A DNA stretch of 64,000 nucleotides from Limisphaerales bacterium. Its GTDB lineage: Bacteria; Verrucomicrobiota; Verrucomicrobiia; Limisphaerales; SIBE01. Under the pieces are notes generated by a model that did no database searches, was not told the DNA's origin, and worked only from the letters and a program-made list of their open reading frames with translations. Below, piece after piece: positions 59,444-64,000 of the stretch. Each line of letters opens with the position of its first letter. The stretch's first letter is position 1. The position numbers were made by a program, and so were the translations under genes. Location of the stretch: NCBI GenBank assembly GCA_044225505.1, contig JBGAIN010000014.1, positions 1-64,000 on the forward strand, in the 5' to 3' direction.

Positions 59444-60274
59444 GTGACCACGAAAAAGCACCGGACGACTCCGTCCCAACCTCGAGTCGAGAGTGCGCAT
59501 TCAACCTTTCCAGTGACTTCGGCGGCTCAACTCCGCCCGGTGGGAGTTTTCCTCAGCGTCGGTGTGCTACTGGCAACCGTTGCGGTTGGGTATTGGGCTT
59601 GGCACCGAGGTCACAAAGCTATCGACGCCGTGTCGCCGCCTCACCATTCGCCATCGCCGAGTGTCCTCCCAGCGAATGACGCAAGCGGTGTGCGCGAAAA
59701 AACCTTGCTGGCCGAACAGGTCAATCGGAGCAATCAATTGATGGCCCAAGGGAAACCAGAGGAGGCCGTTGCTCTACTAAAACAGGCTTTGGAGCACCAT
59801 CCCGACGATGAGGATGTTCATTATAATATGGGCATCGCCCTGGCTCGTTTAGGCAAGAACGATGAAGCAGCCCAAGCATACGAGCAAGCGTTACGCATAT
59901 TTCCTGACTACGCTGAAGTCCACAACAACTATGGAAATCTTCTTCTTCGCATGGGCAAGATTCCGGAAGCCGTCAGCCACTTTGAAAAGGCTGTCAAGAT
60001 CAGCCCGGACTATGCTGGCGCTTGGAACAACTTTGGCACGGCGCTTCAACGGCTTGGGCAAACCAACGAGAGCTTGGAGAAGTTTCATACCGCAGCTCGG
60101 TTGGACACCAACTATTGGCAGGCTTACTTCAATCTCGGCAACGCCTTTCTGCAAAGAAAGCAATTCGCCGACGCTCAAACCAACCTTCAAAGAGTATTGC
60201 AGCTCCAACCGGACTTCACGCCCGCGCGCGAGGCCTTGACGAAGATTGCTGGAGCAGGGCAGCCAGGTCCTTAG
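59444..60274 (+). CDS. Membrane-anchored TPR protein
   Basis: TM helix then about 5 TPRs (HYNMGIAL, HNNYGNLL, YFNLGNAF). Confidence 0.9.
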   Translation: MTTKKHRTTPSQPRVESAHSTFPVTSAAQLRPVGVFLSVGVLLATVAVGYWAWHRGHKAIDAVSPPHHSPSPSVLPANDASGVREKTLLAEQVNRSNQLMAQGKPEEAVALLKQALEHHPDDEDVHYNMGIALARLGKNDEAAQAYEQALRIFPDYAEVHNNYGNLLLRMGKIPEAVSHFEKAVKISPDYAGAWNNFGTALQRLGQTNESLEKFHTAARLDTNYWQAYFNLGNAFLQRKQFADAQTNLQRVLQLQPDFTPAREALTKIAGAGQPGP

Positions 60275-60299
60275 TCGGGTATCCGACGAATGCTGGACG

Positions 60300-62309
60300 T
60301 TAGTTGGGATTCAACCGTTTGACCGCTGCCAGCGCTGCCGCATTGTTTGGATCTAACTGGAGAACCGCTTGATATTGCTGCATTGCCGCGTTCCACTCGT
60401 GGAGCCGCTCCCAGGCCGCGCCGAGCGCGAGATAAACCTGAGGAGCGGACGGGTTTCGCGAGACGGCGATTTTCAAGTGCGGCAAAGCCTCCCGAGGAAG
60501 TTCGAGACGCATCAAGATCACTCCCAACGCGTACTGGGCTTCAAAATATTCTGGAGCTAATCGGAGACACTTCTCGTAGGCGGTGCGTGCCGCTACAAGT
60601 TGCCCATGATGCTCCAAGAGCTTACCTAAGTTGTAGTAAGGCAACCAAGCCTGAGGCCATGATTTCGTGACGATACGCCACTGTTCTTCCGCTTTCGGAA
60701 AGTCTTCATTTAGATCGAGAAGCTGAGCTAGATTCCAGTGGAGGTCGACGTCTTTTGGCCGAGCTTCGATAGCAGCAGATACCTTCCGCGCGGCACGCTG
60801 CAATTGCACAGGCTTTGCGGCCGCACGATAGACTTCTAACTCCGCGCGGAGGTAGGCAAGATGAGCTACGTGGTTTGCTTGACGAGTAAAAGGTGGGAGC
60901 TCGACGCGCTCCGAGATTAACCGAAAGAGAATATCGTAACGGTTCCAATCGGTAAGCCCGACTTTTTCAAAGCACTCTGGTTCCGAAAGCCATGCGGGCG
61001 CAGAAGTTCGCGCCATTTCACCCCGACGCGACGATAGAACCTGCTCCGCCCGTTCCGCCACGGCGCGCGCGAGCAAGTAATTCCCAGCCGGATTAAAGTG
61101 AACGTGTTCATAAAAGAGCTCGCGCCCTGGCAGTCCATTGGGACTATGCGCCGCAAACAGTGCTTCGGCATCCAACAGCGATACATCGTTCGTCTGAATC
61201 GAAGCACAATCCCGAATAATCCCATTGAGCGCGCGATCGCACCGAAACTGGAGGGTATCGTGATCGCGTGCACCAAGGAACAACTCGGCCGCTTCCTTCC
61301 ACTGGTCCAGCTTGGCGCAACACTCCGCCAATCGAAACTGGGTTTCGGCGTGAGTTGGATCTAGATCAAGGGCCCGCTGAAATGCAGTTCTTGCCTGCGC
61401 AAAATCTCTCTGCGCGGCGGCGGTTACCCCTTGGTCAAACGCGGACTTCAAAGAAGACAAACGGTCAGCCCCCAGCTCGGGCGAGTGCAGTGATCCGAAT
61501 GGAGCACAATCTTTGACATTGGTCGCTACGGTGCATAGCAAGACAGGGACCTTCGCCTCACGCGCGATCTCGAGAATGTCCTGCAAATTCCTGCGGAAAC
61601 TTCGGCGCAGTTGCACGATGGCAGGATCATCCGCGCGCACTTGTTGGTCGCCCCACATCGCCATCCCCTCCCATGCTACCGGCGCTCCATGCCGCCTCGT
61701 CGCCAACTGCAGGATTCGATCCAAGCCTTGAACAAGACGCAAACGCTTGGCAGCGATGTTCGCACGCACCAACGCAAGCGGTGCTCCAGCTCGACCAAAC
61801 GGCGTGATCGCACCAAAAGGTCCAATCACCTCGTTGTTTCCCATGTAAATCACCCAAAGATCACCCTCGCGCTTGGCACAATCGCGCGCGATAGGAAGGA
61901 TGACATGCGAGTTAATCGCAACCATCGCGGCGTTCACCACCTGCACGTTGCGGTCGGGAAACCGCCCTTGAAGCAGAACCTCCAGCATGCGGGGAAGTCC
62001 AAATTTTGCATCGGGATCTCCCATTGCTGCAGACTCACCCAAAACAAACACGCGCAGGTCGCGCGAGGTTTTGTGGACGGGAATCAAAAACGGATGCGGA
62101 TAGCGGACGAGTTCCGCGGGAAAGAAGCGCTTGCCAAAAGCTTGGTTGTCTACGAGGACGGCTTCGTTCTCCACGGATGCGGGCACGAAGAAGTCTGTCA
62201 AGCAGCCAATTCCCACCAACCGCAACAATGCCTCCACCAGCGCGAGCACCATCATCGGCACTCCCACTAAGGCCACGATTCGAAACCTGCGACTAAATTT
62301 GTCGGCCAT
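60300..62309 (-). CDS. Membrane-anchored SGNH/GDSL hydrolase-like + TPR protein
   Basis: LGESAA, VNAAM, GNNE, EHVH; TPR insert and tail; same architecture as the 48463 gene. Confidence 0.85.
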   Translation of the reverse strand: MADKFSRRFRIVALVGVPMMVLALVEALLRLVGIGCLTDFFVPASVENEAVLVDNQAFGKRFFPAELVRYPHPFLIPVHKTSRDLRVFVLGESAAMGDPDAKFGLPRMLEVLLQGRFPDRNVQVVNAAMVAINSHVILPIARDCAKREGDLWVIYMGNNEVIGPFGAITPFGRAGAPLALVRANIAAKRLRLVQGLDRILQLATRRHGAPVAWEGMAMWGDQQVRADDPAIVQLRRSFRRNLQDILEIAREAKVPVLLCTVATNVKDCAPFGSLHSPELGADRLSSLKSAFDQGVTAAAQRDFAQARTAFQRALDLDPTHAETQFRLAECCAKLDQWKEAAELFLGARDHDTLQFRCDRALNGIIRDCASIQTNDVSLLDAEALFAAHSPNGLPGRELFYEHVHFNPAGNYLLARAVAERAEQVLSSRRGEMARTSAPAWLSEPECFEKVGLTDWNRYDILFRLISERVELPPFTRQANHVAHLAYLRAELEVYRAAAKPVQLQRAARKVSAAIEARPKDVDLHWNLAQLLDLNEDFPKAEEQWRIVTKSWPQAWLPYYNLGKLLEHHGQLVAARTAYEKCLRLAPEYFEAQYALGVILMRLELPREALPHLKIAVSRNPSAPQVYLALGAAWERLHEWNAAMQQYQAVLQLDPNNAAALAAVKRLNPN

Positions 62310-62528
62310 GCGCGAATTCACAGTCTCTCGGGTTGTCAGCAAAAAGCAGCCGAGGCTGTGAATACGACTGTTTAACGACTTTCTGGGAGGTCACAAGTTG
62401 GTTTTGAGATATTACAGAATCACGCTGGCGACGATTTACCATCGTGGCAGCTCGGTTCTGTGCGTTTAGGTTTCTCCTTGCTTGGAACCGTTTGACTGCC
62501 AAACGTATTACTCAACAACCCGAACCAA

Positions 62529-64000
62529 ATGCACCGTATCATTTGCCATTGGATTACGCACGTTTTGCTTGCTGGAGCATGGTTCACATACCGAGTCTAC
62601 GGCGCAAACGCCCCCGTTGCCGATAGCACTCGTGCCATGGCGGAGCGTCTGGACAAAATCATCCAGTCAGCCAATCCCTTGGAAAACCCCTTTATGAGCG
62701 CGGAGCGCGCTCAGGCTTTCGCCGACCAGATGGCGACCGCGCGCACCCCAGCGCAAGTCTTAAACGCGCAGACACGTTGGGCGATGGAACTCCTGAATGC
62801 CGGCGAAACCGATCGAGCCATCGAACAGTTCCGTCAACTCGCCGACGCCTATCAAAAGAGCGGCCTTCGAATACCGCAAGCCAACCAAACGATGCTTCGA
62901 AATCTCCGCGCGATTGCATACTTGCGCCAGGCCGAGCAAGACAATTGCCTGAGCAATCACACCTCTGAATCGTGTCTATTTCCCATTCGGGGATTGGGAG
63001 TACATTCGGTGCAGCGCGGTTCACGCGCCGCCATGGAAGTGTTGCTGGAGCAACTTCGAGAGGTTCCTGATGACCTGCGTGCGCGCTGGCTCCTAAATGT
63101 AGCGGCGATGACACTCGGCGAGTATCCCGAAAAAGTGCCTTCGCAATGGCTCCTCGATCCGAGCCTCTTTCAATCGCCCTACGACATCAAACGTTTCCCG
63201 GAAATATCAGCCGCGTTGGGGCTGGACATCGACGACCTGGCCGGAGGATCAATCGCGGAGGATTTCGACGGAGACGGTTATTTGGATGTTATGGCATCCT
63301 CAATGGCTCTCCGAGGACAACTCCGATACTTCCACAATCAAGCGGATGGGACTTTTGCTGAACGAACAGAGGCATCGGGGCTCCAGGGCGAGATAGGAGG
63401 ACTTCAGATCCTTCAAACGGATTATAATAACGATGGGTTCCCGGACGTCTTGGTATTACGCGGCGGCTGGATGTTGGAAGGCGGCAAATATCCAAATTCG
63501 CTGCTCCGCAATAACGGCCATGGGACGTTTACAGACGTCACGGTCGAAGCGGGGCTCCTTAGCTTCCACCCGACGCAGACGGCGGTTTGGTTCGATTTTG
63601 ACCTCGACGGTTGGCTCGACCTTTTCATTGGCAACGAATCGAGTGAGGGATACGCCCATCGCTGCGAACTCTATCGTAACAATCGAGACGGCACTTTCAC
63701 TGAGTGCGCCCCGACAATGGGAGTGGCTGTTGTCGCTTATGTCAAAGGCGTGACCAGCGCGGATTTCAACAACGACGGATGGCCAGATCTCTACCTCTCT
63801 TGCCGTGGACAGCCCAATATTTTGTTCCGCAATGACGGTCCCAGCACAGGGACGACATCCACCAATTCATGGAAATTCACTGATGTTAGTGTCGCGGCGA
63901 GAGTCACCGAACCGCTCGTCAGTTTTCCGACATGGTTCTTCGACTATGACAATGATGGGTGGCCAGATCTGTTTGTCTCCGGTTACGACTTGAAGAATCT
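62529..64000 (+). CDS. CRTAC1/ASPIC-UnbV-type FG-GAP repeat protein, runs off the right edge
   Basis: Not in the ORF track. Manual translation from ATG 62529 (MHRIICHW..): MTLGEYP, DFDGDGYLD, DYNNDGFPD, DFDLDGWLD, DFNNDGWPD, DYDNDGWPD. Confidence 0.88.
   Translation, partial: MHRIICHWITHVLLAGAWFTYRVYGANAPVADSTRAMAERLDKIIQSANPLENPFMSAERAQAFADQMATARTPAQVLNAQTRWAMELLNAGETDRAIEQFRQLADAYQKSGLRIPQANQTMLRNLRAIAYLRQAEQDNCLSNHTSESCLFPIRGLGVHSVQRGSRAAMEVLLEQLREVPDDLRARWLLNVAAMTLGEYPEKVPSQWLLDPSLFQSPYDIKRFPEISAALGLDIDDLAGGSIAEDFDGDGYLDVMASSMALRGQLRYFHNQADGTFAERTEASGLQGEIGGLQILQTDYNNDGFPDVLVLRGGWMLEGGKYPNSLLRNNGHGTFTDVTVEAGLLSFHPTQTAVWFDFDLDGWLDLFIGNESSEGYAHRCELYRNNRDGTFTECAPTMGVAVVAYVKGVTSADFNNDGWPDLYLSCRGQPNILFRNDGPSTGTTSTNSWKFTDVSVAARVTEPLVSFPTWFFDYDNDGWPDLFVSGYDLKN

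Overview
GC-rich bacterial chromosomal segment with one 9-N scaffold gap (39834-39842). The gene content (PSCyt1/DUF1549/DUF1553 plus DUF1501 pair, H-X9-DG prepilin-like protein, planctomycete-type ECF sigma next to a Ser/Thr kinase-WD40 gene, CotH kinases, CRTAC1-type protein) points to the PVC superphylum, most likely Verrucomicrobiota (inference). I found no rRNA, tRNA, CRISPR array, integrase or transposase. Left to right: a clan GH-A glycoside hydrolase missed by the ORF track; a housekeeping block (pdxJ, acpS, CbiX-like, ggt, rnhB, yraN, rhomboid, prc, dtd, 2-oxoacid dehydrogenase E1beta/E2); an orphan DNA methyltransferase; a possible phosphorus-scavenging neighbourhood (secreted protein with Pho-box-like repeats, MFS-phnA-phnY without phnW, structured upstream region); a pseudo-receiver; an array of eight 11-bp-phased repeats in a 4+4 inverted layout; MscS; a kinase-regulator-ankyrin operon; and a cluster of exported SGNH-TPR, CotH, TPR and CRTAC1 genes around an ECF sigma and a frameshifted kinase-WD40 gene. 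All family calls come from motif recognition by eye, not from database searches.
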